A stretch of DNA of 64,000 nt from Hemiscyllium ocellatum (Eukaryota), in NCBI RefSeq assembly GCF_020745735.1, contig NC_083410.1, positions 41,700,117-41,764,116 of the forward strand, given 5' to 3'. The notes under the pieces are model-generated. The model ran no database searches. It was not told the origin of the DNA and worked only from the letters and a program-made list of their open reading frames with translations. Both the position numbers and the translations under genes were made by a program. Position 1 is the stretch's first letter, and every line of letters starts with the position of its first letter. Below are positions 13,762 through 26,375 of this stretch, one piece after another.

Positions 13762-14108
13762 GTAAGAAGAGTGTTTATTAATTTCACTGGAACACTAATG
13801 AATATATTGCTTGATTATCAGGTGTAAGGTTATTAAGAAAAAAAATTATAATCTATTAGACTATTCAAGTATTGTACATGAAACAGTCAGTGTAGGACAG
13901 TGACTTTTTAAAAAATTTCTAGTTGCAAGATAAAATAAATTGTTTCATGGCACATTGCACATCCCAGAAGCAACTCCTCGGCCAGTGTTCATGATGCGCA
14001 ATCCACCAATATTTAGCTTATTGTCCAGCAGAGTAAGTGAGTGGTCAGTCTCCTACCAATTCTCTATGATGGATACACTGTAACTAAACCTAAAGAGAAT
14101 GTAGAAGA

Positions 14109-14333
14109 CAACCAAAAAAGAGAAAATGCTGGAAAATCTCAGCAAGTCTTGCAACATCCGTAAGGAGAGAAAAGAGCTGATGTTTCAAGTCTAACAGCTT
14201 TGACAAAGGGTCAGTTAGACTCGAAATGTCAGCTCTTTTCTCTGCTTACAGATGCTGCAAGACTTGCTGAGATTTTCCAGCATTTTCTCTTTTTTGGTTT
14301 CAGATTCCAGCATCCACAGTAATTTGCTTTTAT
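14109..14333 (+). mobile_element. fold-back Penelope-type mini-element with variant hammerhead core (family B)
   Basis: roughly 86-bp inverted arms; TTGACAA-A-GGGTC-AGTTA-GACTC-GAAATGTC at 14200-14230; 15-bp TSD AGAGAATGTAGAAGA at 14094-14108 and 14334-14348. Confidence 0.85.
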
Positions 14334-14939
14334 AGAGAATGTAGAAGAGCCTGAGTTGCTATTATTGATTGCTTGAAAGATTGACCTTCCAGTTGAAGAG
14401 GGTGGCAGGGGTGGGGAAGCATGCGACTAAAGTCTGATGGATAGCTAGCCCATGGCTTTTTCAACCAGCTCTGATTCATTCTTTACTGTATGGTAGATGG
14501 TTCAGGTGCCTGCTAGCACAACCACTTTTTGTGCCTTTTGAGTTTGGGTCTTAATTTCATCCCTGCTGTCATAATATTGTCAGTGGGCATGTGTTTTTTT
14601 TCACAAGCTTTGAGAAGTGGGAAGCATATCACCTGTGTGCAGCAGGAGCAAACCCCTGCTGCCCACCTCCTAAGACACCAAGAAATGGCATGTCTTACTC
14701 CCAGCTTCCCAGTGATGATGAACAAACAACCATATTTCAAAGTCAGGGTGGTGTATGGCTTTTGAAAGTTTTAAGCAGTCATGGTGTTTCTGTTCATCAT
14801 CTGCTGTTGGCCCTTTTAGGTTGTACAGATTAACTTTGAAAAAGTTGGAAAGCTTGAATGACTTGCTGCATTGCATCTTATAAATGGTTTACACTGTAGT
14901 CACACATCTATGGTGGAAGGGAGACTAATCAAGAGTTGT

Positions 14940-15247
14940 GGGCGGCACGGTGGCACAGTGGTTAGCACTGCTGCCTCACAGCGCCTGAAGACCCGGGTTC
15001 AATTCCCGACTCAGGCGACTGACTGTGTGGAGTTTGCACATTCTCCCCGTGTCTGCGTGGGTTTCCTCCGGGTGCTCCGGTTTCCTCCCACAGTCCAAAG
15101 ATGTGCGGGTCAGGTGAATTGGCCATGCTAAATTGCCCATAGTGTTAGGTAAGGGGTAAATGTAGGGGTATGGGTGGGTTTCGCTTCGGCGGGTCGGTGT
15201 GGACTTGTTGGGCCGAAGGGCCTGTTTCCACACTGTAAAATCTAATA
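14940..15247 (+). mobile_element. HE1-type tRNA-derived SINE, copy 1 of a tandem dimer
   Basis: A box TGGCACAGTGG, B box GGTTCAATTCC, V-domain-like core GGTTTCCTCCGGGTGCTCCGGTTTCCTCCCACA, CR1-like tail. Confidence 0.88.
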
Positions 15248-15249
15248 GT

Positions 15250-15568
15250 GGGCGGCACGGTGGCACAGTGGTTAGCACTGCTGCCTCACAGCGCCTGAGA
15301 CCCGGGTTCAATTCCCGACTCAGGCGACAGACTGTGTGGAGTTTGCACGTTCTCCCCGTGTCTGCGTGGGTTTCCTCCGGGTGCTCCGGTTTCCTCCCAC
15401 AGTCCAAAGATGTGCGGGTCAGGTGAATTGGCCATGCTAAATTGCCCGTAGTGTTAGGTAAGGGGTAAATGTAGGGGTATGGGTGGGTTGCGCTTCGGTG
15501 GGTCGGTGTGGACTTGTTGGGCCGAAGGGCCTGTTTCCACACTGTAAGTCTAATCTAATCTAATCTAA
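15250..15568 (+). mobile_element. HE1-type SINE, copy 2 of the tandem dimer
   Basis: near-identical to copy 1; ends in (TCTAA)n. Confidence 0.88.
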
Positions 15569-16009
15569 TTTTGCTTGTCACGGTGGGAAATATTTATTCA
15601 AACACCTTTTATTTGTGGAAAGTATTTGAACAGCCAGGTAGTGAGATGTTAGCCACATAGATGTGATCTCTTGATATGTCCTTGTGGGCAAACTATTTGT
15701 TGGCCTAGTTAGATTTCTGATTAAAGGTGAGCCCCTTGACAACCTTCCTGCTAAGCTGTGTGGCTGTGCAGATACTGGGAAGCACCATGCATGTCAGTTC
15801 CGTTGCGAGTCCAGGTAATCTGCAAATGCTGTAACTGATGGAAAAAGCCATTGCAGCTCTGACTCTTCATCTTCAGCCACTTCACTTTGGAAAGAAAATC
15901 TTGCAGGAATAACAGGCCTGCAATGGTAACAGGTTGATCTTGTGTTTATCTTGCTTTCATCATTACTACTTTTTAATGTTTGTATCTGTACTTTAGTTAA
16001 TATAAATTA

Positions 16010-16415
16010 GAATTTAAAAGAATGAGTGGGGTGATTTTATCGAATCATATAAAATTATGAAGGAAGTAGATTAGGTAGAAGCAGGAAGGTTGTTTCCACC
16101 GGTGAGTGAAACTAGAACTAGGGAGCATACTCTCAAAATACGGGAGAACAGATTTAGGACTGAGTTGAAGAGGAACTTCACCCAAATGGTTGTGAATCTG
16201 TGGAATTCCCTGCTCAGTGAAGCAGTTGAGGCTATGTTATTGAATGCTTTTAAGGCAAAGATAGATTTTTGAACAGTAAAGGAATTGAGGGTTAAGGTGA
16301 GCGGGTGGGTAAGTAGAGCTGAGGCTATGAAAAGATGAGCCATGATCTTATTGAATGGCGGAGCAGGCCCGAAGGGTCAGATGGCCTAGAAGCAGGTGTA
16401 GTTCTTATGTTCTTC
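16010..16415 (+). mobile_element. CR1 3' end
   Basis: TREHTLKIRENRFRTELKRNFTQMVVNLWNSL plus 3' UTR ending tcttatgttctt. Confidence 0.8.
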
Positions 16416-17317
16416 ATAAGTATCACTTTGTAACTTTCAACATTAGTTGCATGATGTTGGAGTGCAACTTTGCTGATTTGTTTTTAATTTGGAATTTTTT
16501 TCAAAAAAAAGACTAAAAGGGGACTAAGCAAATTGTACAGATGCACATTTCACAGATGATCTGGCTATGACAGAATTTTATAGTAAATTTTACAAGGAAA
16601 ATTCCCCCTTCCTGTCAGGTTTTTCCTCTCGGCTGACATTTTTCCATCCTGGCATCATCCTCCTAAGTCTCTTTTGCATGATTTCTGCCTATTGACATCA
16701 TCTTCTAATATGGTGATTGGATTTACATTATCATGCTCGACCTGTGGTTTAACGATTGCTGTATATAGTTTTAGCATAATCCTTCAACTTCTATGCTCCA
16801 TCCCTCAGCTAATAAAATAATGCATGCTGTTTGCCTTCTTAGGCACCTTACTTGCCCATCTAACTCCTTTTAAGGATCTGTAGGCATGAACTCCAAGTCC
16901 CTCTGCTTTGTCTTGCTAGTGTCTTCTATTTATTGTGTGTTCCCTTGTTACAAGTTTCAGGGTGGATTTCCTCACAATTTACAAGATTGCATTTTATTTC
17001 CCATTTTACTGCAATTTACCATGCCATCGATATTTTCCTGTAACCTAAATCCTTTCTCACCACGGTCAACCACATGACTCATTTTGTATCTTCGCCTTGT
17101 GCAAACATCTTTATCATAGCCTCGACATTTGAGTCAAAATCGTTATTTTAAGATTTTTCTCAATGTATATATGCCGTCTTTCTGAATGCTAGACTAATTG
17201 GGACATCGGAATTATGTTTTTATGTAACTGATGTTATCTGCTTTAACAGAGAAAACTGATTCTTAGAATGCTAGTTTGTGGGGTTTTGTTTTGTTTAAAA
17301 TGTTTTTATTATTACAG

Positions 17318-17424
17318 AGTTGCTCCGGTTGGCTTATGAGCGATTCCCCTGCAGTCTAGAATCTGATGCTCTTCATGCTCATTGTTGTTGGGAATATGTA
17401 GTGCAATGGAACAAAAATCCAGAG
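17318..17424 (+). CDS. RAB3GAP2: RAB3GAP2 coding exon
   Basis: ttacag|AG..GAG|gtaaac; [35 protein letters not shown]. Confidence 0.96.
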
Positions 17425-18043
17425 GTAAACACAAATCTACAACTCTTCACATTGTATAGATTATAATATTGTGCATTACTAAATTCATCAGATGGCTTCT
17501 TTATGTTCTGTTAAAATAACAACTGCCTGAAAGCTAGTGCAGGACAAGTTAAAATTAAGTGTTTATATAAATTTGCAGTCTAGTTTATGTTATAAAAAGA
17601 CTGAACTAAATAATTGTACTTTAGAGGATAATCATAAATGACAAATATTATTTTCAAGAACTTCCCCATATTGTGTCAATAGTATTTGTCTATAATACCA
17701 ATTGAAAAATTGTAAAAATATATTTCAAAATACTTGCTCTTAATTGCATAAATAAAAATGCATTCTGAAATTGACTGCTGTTTGCTGCAAGCACATTTGT
17801 CTTGGGAAATACAGTAACAGGCACCTCACAGATGCGCATTAGTTTAATGAGCACTCCAAAAGCAAATGATGACTAAGACAGTATTTGAATTTCAATATAA
17901 CCGAGCCTGAGTTCTCGCTCATAAAATTTATGAGGGAGCATTCTGCAGGCTGAAAGTGCAATATTAAACTTTTCCATTAATATTCTATGCATTTTGGTTA
18001 GACATCAAAGTATGCTCAAGCAGCTCTTTTGTTCCGATCATAA

Positions 18044-18353
18044 AGATTAGATTCCCTACAATGTGGAAAACGGGCCTCTCAGTCCAACCAGTCCACACCA
18101 ACCCTCCAAAGAGTAACCCACACAGGCTCATTCCCCTCTGACTAATGCACCTAACACTAAGGCAATTTAGCGTGGCCAATTCACCTGACCTGCACATCTT
18201 TGGACTGTGGGAGGAAACCAGAGCACCTGGAGGAAGCCCACGCAGACACTGGGAGAACGTGCAAACTTCACACAGTCGCCCGAGGCTGGAATCGAACCTG
18301 GGACCGTGGTGCTGTAAGGCAGCAGTGCAAACCACTGAGCCACCATGCCACCC
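18044..18353 (-). mobile_element. HE1-type SINE
   Basis: reverse complement of the 14940 family, full length. Confidence 0.85.
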
Positions 18354-19396
18354 CAAATATGGGGACCTTGCTGAATTGTTGGATTATTTTAGGATCCTCC
18401 TCTTGTTGAGCTGACAGTCAAGCTCCACCCCTTTATAAGTTATAAAGGGTAACCCAGTTTTGTTCTTGCAGGCTATCATTTATGTCTCAGTTACATTTTG
18501 GGAAGATTGAAGTGTTTTCTTCCATAAGTGTTCCATAACCACCTATCCAATTCCATTTGCTTTTTCTGGCTGCTGTTTAACAAAACTGTTTGAAATGTTG
18601 ATATTTCTATTGAACCAGTGCAATACTTCCAAATTAATTTCATTACCATCATGAAGACTGCCTATCCATTACTCAGTTACCTCTAAAATTAACAGAATTA
18701 ATGCTGTCCTTCCATGCTGTGCTCTCCAATTTCAATTCCCCAAACCTTTGTTTGTATTTCACTATGAAGTAAATCCTGCCAATAATTACCCCAGAGCTTG
18801 GTTTGTCTTCTAGCCCACCTCCACCTCAAATTTAAAATATCATCTTTGTGTTCAATCATCTTTATAGTTTTGTTCTGACTAATTCCTCTAACCTCCTCTA
18901 GCCCAACTACTCTGAAAACTGTTTATCACTTCAATTCTTAAGACTCCAATTCTTCATTTGATCCATCGTTTGTACCTCTTCGTCCAATCCTAAAATATTG
19001 AATTCTCACTGGAAACCATTTTCACTTCTCAGCCCTCCCTAACTAGGTTTTTCATCACAACTCCTTGCCTTTCCTCCTTTTGGCTCCATATCTGATTGGT
19101 TGTTTATCTGTTAAATATCTGAGTGAACCTTGTTGCTAGTGTCCATAGAGTTTTCAATAAGAAGTTTGTAGACAGTTTGCAATTTACATGATGGCTGCGA
19201 ATGTGCAGCTATACTTAATACTGTTATTCAAAGGCTTTTCATACTTTGTCTACATTCTGTTTGAATTGCATATAGTTGGTTTGATATCTCTATACAAAAG
19301 TATTATTTTATAAATATTTGCCTCTTAAGGGCTTTTTCTATAAAAATTTCAAGCGTGATTTCCCAATATCATCTGTTATTGTCTTTTGGATTGTAG

Positions 19397-19463
19397 GAAG
19401 ATCGTTTTTTGAGCATATCTGTGGACCATCTGAAATGCATTGGCAATGCTCATGTTCAGCGTG
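19397..19463 (+). CDS. RAB3GAP2: RAB3GAP2 coding exon
   Basis: ttgtag|GAA..CGTG|gttagt; EDRFLSISVDHLKCIGNAHVQR. Confidence 0.92.
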
Positions 19464-20224
19464 GTTAGTACTTGCTATTCTGTACCAGACAGAACTCGAC
19501 TAATATTGTTAAAAGTGTATAAATGCAGGAAATATTAATGTGTCTGAGAACTAAGCACCAGCTAGGATTGGAAACCCATGCTTTAAATCATACCTAGTGA
19601 TTTCCAATTTTCTTAAACATGCAAATAACTATATTCCACTCAAGGATCTGTAATCTAAACTCTGAACCTAGTTCCATAAGTTCAGTGTTACATCCCTTCT
19701 CCTGTTTTTTTTCGACTTGTTCTTGTCTTTGCTGTTAAAAGCTTGCGATCTTTGGGCAACTCTTACTATTTTCCCACGGAATCTTCATGCATATCCTTTT
19801 ATTGATAAAATGTGATGACTGTTAAGTACTTTAATGATCCATCACAGAATAATAGAGGCCATTTAGTTTTGCAGAAACATCTTCAGAATCACAGGTGGAT
19901 TTCAGAAGTACTGTGTAATTCTGTTATTCAGCCACCTTTAAACTTGTCAAAGATGTGAAAATAAAGAACTACTGTCTTAACCAGCCAGCCACAACAACCG
20001 CCTTCGTCAGTGTTTAAGCAGTTGGCGAGGCAAGAACATGTGTTTTATTTGTACTTGACATTGTCTAGTGTTATTAGCAATGACTTGCTAGCAATAATGC
20101 AAGAGGAAAAATGCACTAAAGTGGTTTGAAACTTACTGTTCCAAAAGGTAGTGGTAATTTTATCAGGTGCTGACAGTGGTTAAAAATATCATTGCACGAA
20201 TAATGTACTGTAGTTGACCTCATC

Positions 20225-21150
20225 GGCGCCAAAAAAAAATTGCGCAGAGATCTTTGGCTACCTGAGGAGAGGGACCCACTTTGTATTGACTGGCATCAAG
20301 GCCAAGAATGGAAGTGGGTGAACAAGATGAATAAGAGGAGATGGAAAGGAGGTGATGTAGGAGCGGAGCTCTAGCTTGATGAATATGGATAAGCTGAGAA
20401 TGTGGGAGAAATATAACAGTAGTGGCTGACCAGATGATTTCCATTTCAGTGATTGAATGCCCATGTGCCTTGCGTGTTTGGACTTGTGGATGGAAATGGA
20501 AGAGGAAACAGGTTTATAAAACTGCTCAGTTTCGAAGAAAAGCTCGAAGAGATTGTTGCTGATGAGGAGGATGATGAACTGATGAATAATTTTAGTCGAG
20601 TATTGAGTGCAGTATGGCTTCATATGATCCATTCAGATGAGGCATTCTCCAGATGTTTGTCGGATTAGAGGTCAAATTTCATAGATTCACACTTCTAGTG
20701 AGTCCAGCGTGGACTTTGGTCAGGAGGAAAGAAATTGCCTGACAGTGTCCCTTTCTTAATTCAAAAGTCTTGCCTCCCATTTATCACACAACCTCTTTAT
20801 CAATTTAGTTTCAACAGATCTCTCAGCCCCAGAAATAGTTCTGAGCCTTTTTATAACTAGTGTAAAGATAAGGATGAGGTAGGATAATTTACCACACAAA
20901 ATGGCTCTTGGTAGTTGGCCAGATTTCACATTGCACTGATCGTTTTGATTGGGATCATGTTTGATATAAACACTTCTGATAACTCAAAGTTTCTGCCACT
21001 CTTTTTGTCTATCAATGAGTGATCGCTTCCTTCAGCACAACTTGGGAGAAGACTGAAGTTATCTAATCCTGCTACTGTCTCTACTCTGTGCTGTTCTTTT
21101 AACTTGAAGCTGTTTGACGTCTTGACATTCTGCTTAATTGTTTGAATTTA
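20225..21150 (-). mobile_element. degenerate L2-like LINE fragment
   Basis: decayed ORF2-like translation on -; L2-like 3' pieces near 18600-19120 and 21390-21850. Confidence 0.45.
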
Positions 21151-21217
21151 TATTTTAATTTATACCTATAACTGTTCACTTTTATGCCCAAAATATTGGA
21201 AACCTTTTATTATGCAT

Positions 21218-21385
21218 GTTAGATTCCCTGCAGTATAGAAACAGGCCATTTGGCCCAAGAAGTCCACACTGACCCTTCGAAGAGTAACTCACCCAGACCC
21301 ATTTCCCTCTGACTAATGCACCTAACACTATGGGCAATTTAGCATGGCCAATCCACCTGACCTGCACTTCTTTGGATTGTGGGAG
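21218..21385 (-). mobile_element. HE1-type SINE, 3' half
   Basis: ttagattccc..gggcaatttagcatggccaatccacctgacctgcac. Confidence 0.82.
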
Positions 21386-22074
21386 CATCATTCATCCTTC
21401 AGTACCAAAATCATTTGTCTGCTTTCATCACCTCTTGACAGCCACGTTTATGCCATCCATCCTCCATAAGCTCTGGTTTATCCAAAATACTGCTGTGTTT
21501 TTATTGTATTATAGTGAATTGCACTGATCTTTGTGCCCTGTTCTCACTGAATTATACTAGCTCCCCATGCTGCCTCAGAGCATTTTAACTTAAAGCTTCC
21601 AACCTTGCTACAAATTGCTGCCATTTTCTCTATTATCTTCCAGCCAATACTACTTCCTAGCCATTCATTTCCTTTGACTAACCTTCTGTCCAGTTCCTTC
21701 CATTTGCCTCATCACCGTTGATAACCCTAAGATCCAATTATTTGAAAGTGTTTGATTGTCATTTTTATCTTTTCCTCCCCTGACATCTACTTGTCCAATG
21801 AGTTTGTGCGCTTGTTTTCATTAACTGCCCTGTGTAAGTGCAAGTCATTAACGTTAGATAATACTATGTTGGGCAAACAGTGAATTGTTTTATCAAAGTG
21901 TGCCTACACCCTTAAAAGTGCAGATCACACTTTTTTTCGATTGTTGCTAAAAGAAAACTGCAGATTTCAAACTACAAGCTATAAATCAATTTTATAAATA
22001 TATATTATTAAAGAAAAGATCACTGCAAAGTTAGAACACAGAAACATAGACTTTTAATATGCAAAAAGAGGTTG

Positions 22075-22690
22075 TAGGAACACATGATCAAGGGATAGGA
22101 CAGGAGTAGGCCTCTGAGCCTGCTCTGCCATTCAGTAAATCATGTTTGATCAGATTTTAACCTCAACTCCATAATCCTGCATACCCCAGATCATAATTCA
22201 TCCCATTGGTAATCTCTGCCTTATAAACACCTACAGATTGTGCATTCACTGCCTTTTTGAGGAAGGGAGTTCCAAAGACTTTTTTTTTCCCTCGTCTGTC
22301 TTAAAAGGCAACCCTTTATTTTTAGACTATGACTCCTATTTCTAGATTCTCCCAAGAGGCAACACCTGGTCATGTCCCCGGAGGATCTTTTATGTTTCTA
22401 TTAAGTCCGTTCTGACTCTTCTAAACTTCATAGAATACAGGCCTAGCCTATTTAGCCGATTTAGTAAGGTAATCTGTTCATTTCATGTAGCAGCCTAGTA
22501 AACCTCCTCTGAACTACTGCCAGTGCATGGCCATCCCAGCATAGGTATAGTGACTAGTACAGTACACAATACTCCAGACATGGTCTCGCTAATGAAGTAT
22601 AACTGAAGCATAACCTCCCTACTCTTTCATTCAGTTCATCTGGCAATAAAACATGACATTCTATTAGCTTTTCTGATTACATGCACACAA
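22075..22690 (-). mobile_element. CR1 3' portion
   Basis: reverse-complement CR1 3' UTR (acaggagtaggcc..gagcctgctctgccattcagtaa) and RT C-terminal remnants. Confidence 0.7.
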
Positions 22691-22823
22691 ATTGTCAAAC
22701 CTTGAAAATGTATTTTTTTTAACATCGATCAAAAATATTGATCTTTAGGTGATGGCAAGGGGCCAAGAGCAGCAATAGAATTATTTGTATCTTTAAGAAT
22801 CACCAGCAATATGATGAGCAATA

Positions 22824-23105
22824 TTAGATTACTTACAGTGTGGAATCAGGCCCTTTGGCCCAACAAGTCCACACCAACCCACCAAAGCGCAACCCACCCA
22901 GACCCATTCGCCTACATTTACCCCTTCACCGAACACTATGGGCAATTTAGCATGGCCAATTCACCTAACCTGCACATTTTTGGATTGTGGGAGGAAACTG
23001 GAGCAAACCCACGCAGACATGGGGAGAATGTGCAAACTCCACACAGAGAGTCGTCTGAGATGGGAATTGAACCCTGGTCTCTGGCGCTGTGAGGCAGCAG
23101 TGCCG
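22824..23105 (-). mobile_element. HE1-type SINE
   Basis: reverse complement of the 14940 family. Confidence 0.85.
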
Positions 23106-23667
23106 CTCATATGGAGAAGTCATTTTGACATTGGATTTCTATTTATTTGTTCCTACAAAAGCGATGTGGCATTTGGAGCCAACAGAAAGGCTATTAACTC
23201 AACTGGGTAATCTTGTGCAGTAGGAATAGTGGGTGCCTAAACCAGCACAAGAACAATAAAGTGTTGAATAGGAACAATTTTAAGATGTGACAGATTGAGT
23301 TCAGCTGAAAACTCAAAAGATGGAGCAAACTAGCAAGGTGAACTGTCAAGTGAAAAAAAACTTCTTAAAAAAATGATTAAATATTAAATATTTCATTTTA
23401 TCTTAAGTTATAGGCCCCCAAGGTGGGGGCACTGGTGCAGTCCAGGAAATAAAGTAACACATGACAGAACATCATCCCATGTTGCCACAACCCTATTGTT
23501 ACAAGCATGATTTCAATTGTAGATATTTATAAAACAACATTTAAATATTAAACTCCAGCTTATTTCATAAAATTGAACATTTTAATATTGTTATTCTTTG
23601 TAGATGAAATATTGGGTTGAGTCATTGTAATTAGCTACACCTTAGTAAATCGTTGTTTTATTTGCAG

Positions 23668-23738
23668 GAGTTGCTGTAATGATGTGGAACACCTTTATTG
23701 TAAAGAGACTGTCAGCCACTGCTTATCTAATGGATAAG
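23668..23738 (+). CDS. RAB3GAP2: RAB3GAP2 coding exon
   Basis: ttgcag|GA..AAG|gtaaag; [23 protein letters not shown]. Confidence 0.95.
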
Positions 23739-24105
23739 GTAAAGCTTAATATTTAATTTCTATTTTGGTGTTAATCTAATTGCTTAACTACATAAATCAT
23801 TAATACAAAAATGATGATTAAAAGAAAGATGAAATAGTAAGAAGATCAAGTCGAAAACAATATTAGTGTAACAGATTATAAAATGTTCTTTAGTCTTGAA
23901 TCAAACTTCCAAAATGTGTTTGAGTAAACAGATATGACAATGTTTCTAATAATGCCAAGAAATGACAGTGTGATGTAGAGCAGAAAAGCCCGTCATGAAC
24001 AAGAGCACTGTAAACCAACCATAGGATTTGTAAAAAAAACTGTATTTTAGGATTGAACAGAAAATTTCACAAGTAATATTAAAAAAAAATACTTAATTTG
24101 AATAA

Positions 24106-25835
24106 GGATGAAAGGGTAACTAGAGCGAGATTAGGGCCCCTTAAAGATTAGCAAGGCCACTTATATGTGGAACTGTAGGAGATGGGGGAGATACTAAATG
24201 AGTATTTTGCATCAGTGTTTACTGTGGAGAAGGATATAGGAGGTAAGAAACGTGGGGAAATAAATAGCGAGAATTTGAAAAGTGTCCCTATTGCAGAGGC
24301 AAGCGGGCTGGACATCATAAAATGCGTAAAGGTGGATAAATACCTGGGACCTGATCAGATGTACCCTAGATCTTTGTGGGAAGCTAGGGACGTGCTGGGC
24401 CCTTTGCTGAAATATTTGTATCATTGATAGCCACAGGTGAGGTGCCGCAGGATGGAGGTTAGCTAATGTGGTGCTGCTTTTTAAGAAAGTTGGTAAGGAA
24501 AAGCCAGGGAACTAAAGACAGTGAGCCTGACATCAGTGATGAGCAAGTTGTTGGAGGGGATCCTGAGGGACAGGATTTACATGTATTTGAAAAAGGCACT
24601 TATTGATTAGGGGTTTTCAGTCATAGCTTTGTGGGTGGAAAATCATGTCTCACTAACTTGATTGAATTTTATTGAAGAAGTAACAAAGCGGATTGATGAG
24701 GGCAGGGTGGTGGATGTGAACTATATGGACGTCAGTAATTGTTGGACAAGGTTTGGCATGGTAGACAGATTAGCAAGGTTAGATCATGTGGAATACAGGG
24801 AGAACTAGTCGTTTGATGCAGAACTGGCTCGAAAGTAGAAGACAGAGGGTGGTGGGGGAGGATTGCTTTTCAGACTGGAGACCTGTGACCAGCGGTGTGC
24901 CACAAGGATTGGCGCTGGGCCCACAGTTTGTTTTTTCATTCATGTAAATGATTTGAATGTGAACATAAGAGATATGGTTCGTAAGTTTGGAGATGACACC
25001 AAAATCAGCCAAGAAGTTCACTCAGAGTACAATGGGATCTTGATCAGATGGGCCGGAGTGGCAAGATGGAGTTTAATTTTGATAAATGTGATGTGTTTGC
25101 ATTTTGGTAAGGCAAATCTGGGCAGAACCTGTTTACTTAATAGTCAGGTTGTGGGGAGTGTTACCAAACAAAGAAACCTTGGGGTGCAGGTTCATAGTTC
25201 CTTGAAAGTAGAATCACAGGTAGATAGTATAGTGAAGAAGGCATTTGGTATCATTGCTTTTACTTGCCACTGCATTAAGTATAGAAGTTGAGAGGTCATG
25301 TTGTGGCTGTACAGGACATTGGTTAGGCCACTTTTGAATATTCCGTTCCATCCTGGCCTCCCTGCTTGTTGTAAAAGATTTATAAGGATGTTTTCAGGAT
25401 TTGAGGGTTTGAGCTATAGGGAGAAGTTGTATAGGCTCGGGTTATTTTCTTTGGAGCATTGGAAGCTGAGAGGTGACCTTATAAAAGTTTTTTATAAAAT
25501 CATGAGGAGCATAGGGTGAATAGCCAAGGTCTTTCCCTCCAGGGTAGTGAAGTCCAGAACTAGAGGGCATAGGTTTAAGGTGAGGGGAGAAAGGTTTGAA
25601 AGAGACCCGAGAGGCAACATTTCCACGCAGAGGGTGGTGCATGTATGGAATGAGCTGCCAGAGGAAGTGGTGGATGCTGGTACAATTGCAACATTTCAAA
25701 AGGCAACTGCATGGGTATATGAATAGGAAGGGTTTAGAGGGAATAACGTCCAAATGCTGCAAATGTGACTAGGTTAATTTAGGATATCTGTTTGGCATGG
25801 ACGAGCTTGACTGAAGAGTCTGTTTCCGTGTATAC
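24106..25835 (+). mobile_element. CR1 (HER1-like) LINE ORF2 3' portion
   Basis: ILNEYFASVFT, GPDQMYPR, KFGDDTKI, LYRTLVRPLL; same family as 7390-8708. Confidence 0.88.
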
Positions 25836-25953
25836 AGCTCTGTATAACCCACAATTTGTCAAACTGCATGATCTTTGTTTTTGTTGCCATCTAGTGGACA
25901 TTTTCATTTAAATCAGTGATGTCTGAAATTTTACTGGTGTACTAATTAATAAT

Positions 25954-26182
25954 TGAAAATGCGTTGCTGGTTAAAGCACAGCAGGTCAGGCAGCATCCAA
26001 GGAATAGGAAATTCGACGTTTCGGGCATAAGCCCTTCATCAAGAAGCCCTTCCTGATGAAGGGCTTATGCCCGAAACGTCGAATTTCCTATTCCTTGGAT
26101 GCTGCCTGACCTGCTGTGCTTTAACCAGCAACGCATTTTCAACTGTGATCTCCAGCATCTGCAGACCTCATTTTTTACCTCT
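25954..26182 (+). mobile_element. fold-back Penelope-derived mini-element, perfect palindrome (family A)
   Basis: 89-bp perfect inverted repeat 25953-26041 / 26054-26142; 14-bp TSD TACTAATTAATAAT at 25940-25953 and 26183-26196. Confidence 0.9.
26050..26083 (+). ncRNA. minimal type I hammerhead ribozyme motif
   Basis: UUC-CUGAUGA-A-GGGC-UUAU-GCCC-GAA-ACGU-C-GAA; predicted cleavage after C26080; activity untested. Confidence 0.7.
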
Positions 26183-26375
26183 TACTAATTAATAATGTTG
26201 AGACTGAAATATTAGCAGTATACTTCATTGCCATGGGATAACAATACTAGTTGTATCTTTGGACTGTTGTTTAGATGTAAAGGATTTTATTTTTGTACAT
26301 CTCGGTCAAACGACAATATCCTGTTGCTCCAGTGAGTAGGTGCTTCTGAATTGCTGTAATGCCACTGACTGTCTT

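Noticed and set aside
14940-15010. tRNA gene
   Set aside because: The A and B boxes are the head of a SINE; there is no complete cloverleaf or acceptor stem.
14976-15542. 188-aa ORF with an internal repeat, and similar ORFs at 17985, 22811 and 59797
   Set aside because: Chance open frames through HE1-type SINE copies.
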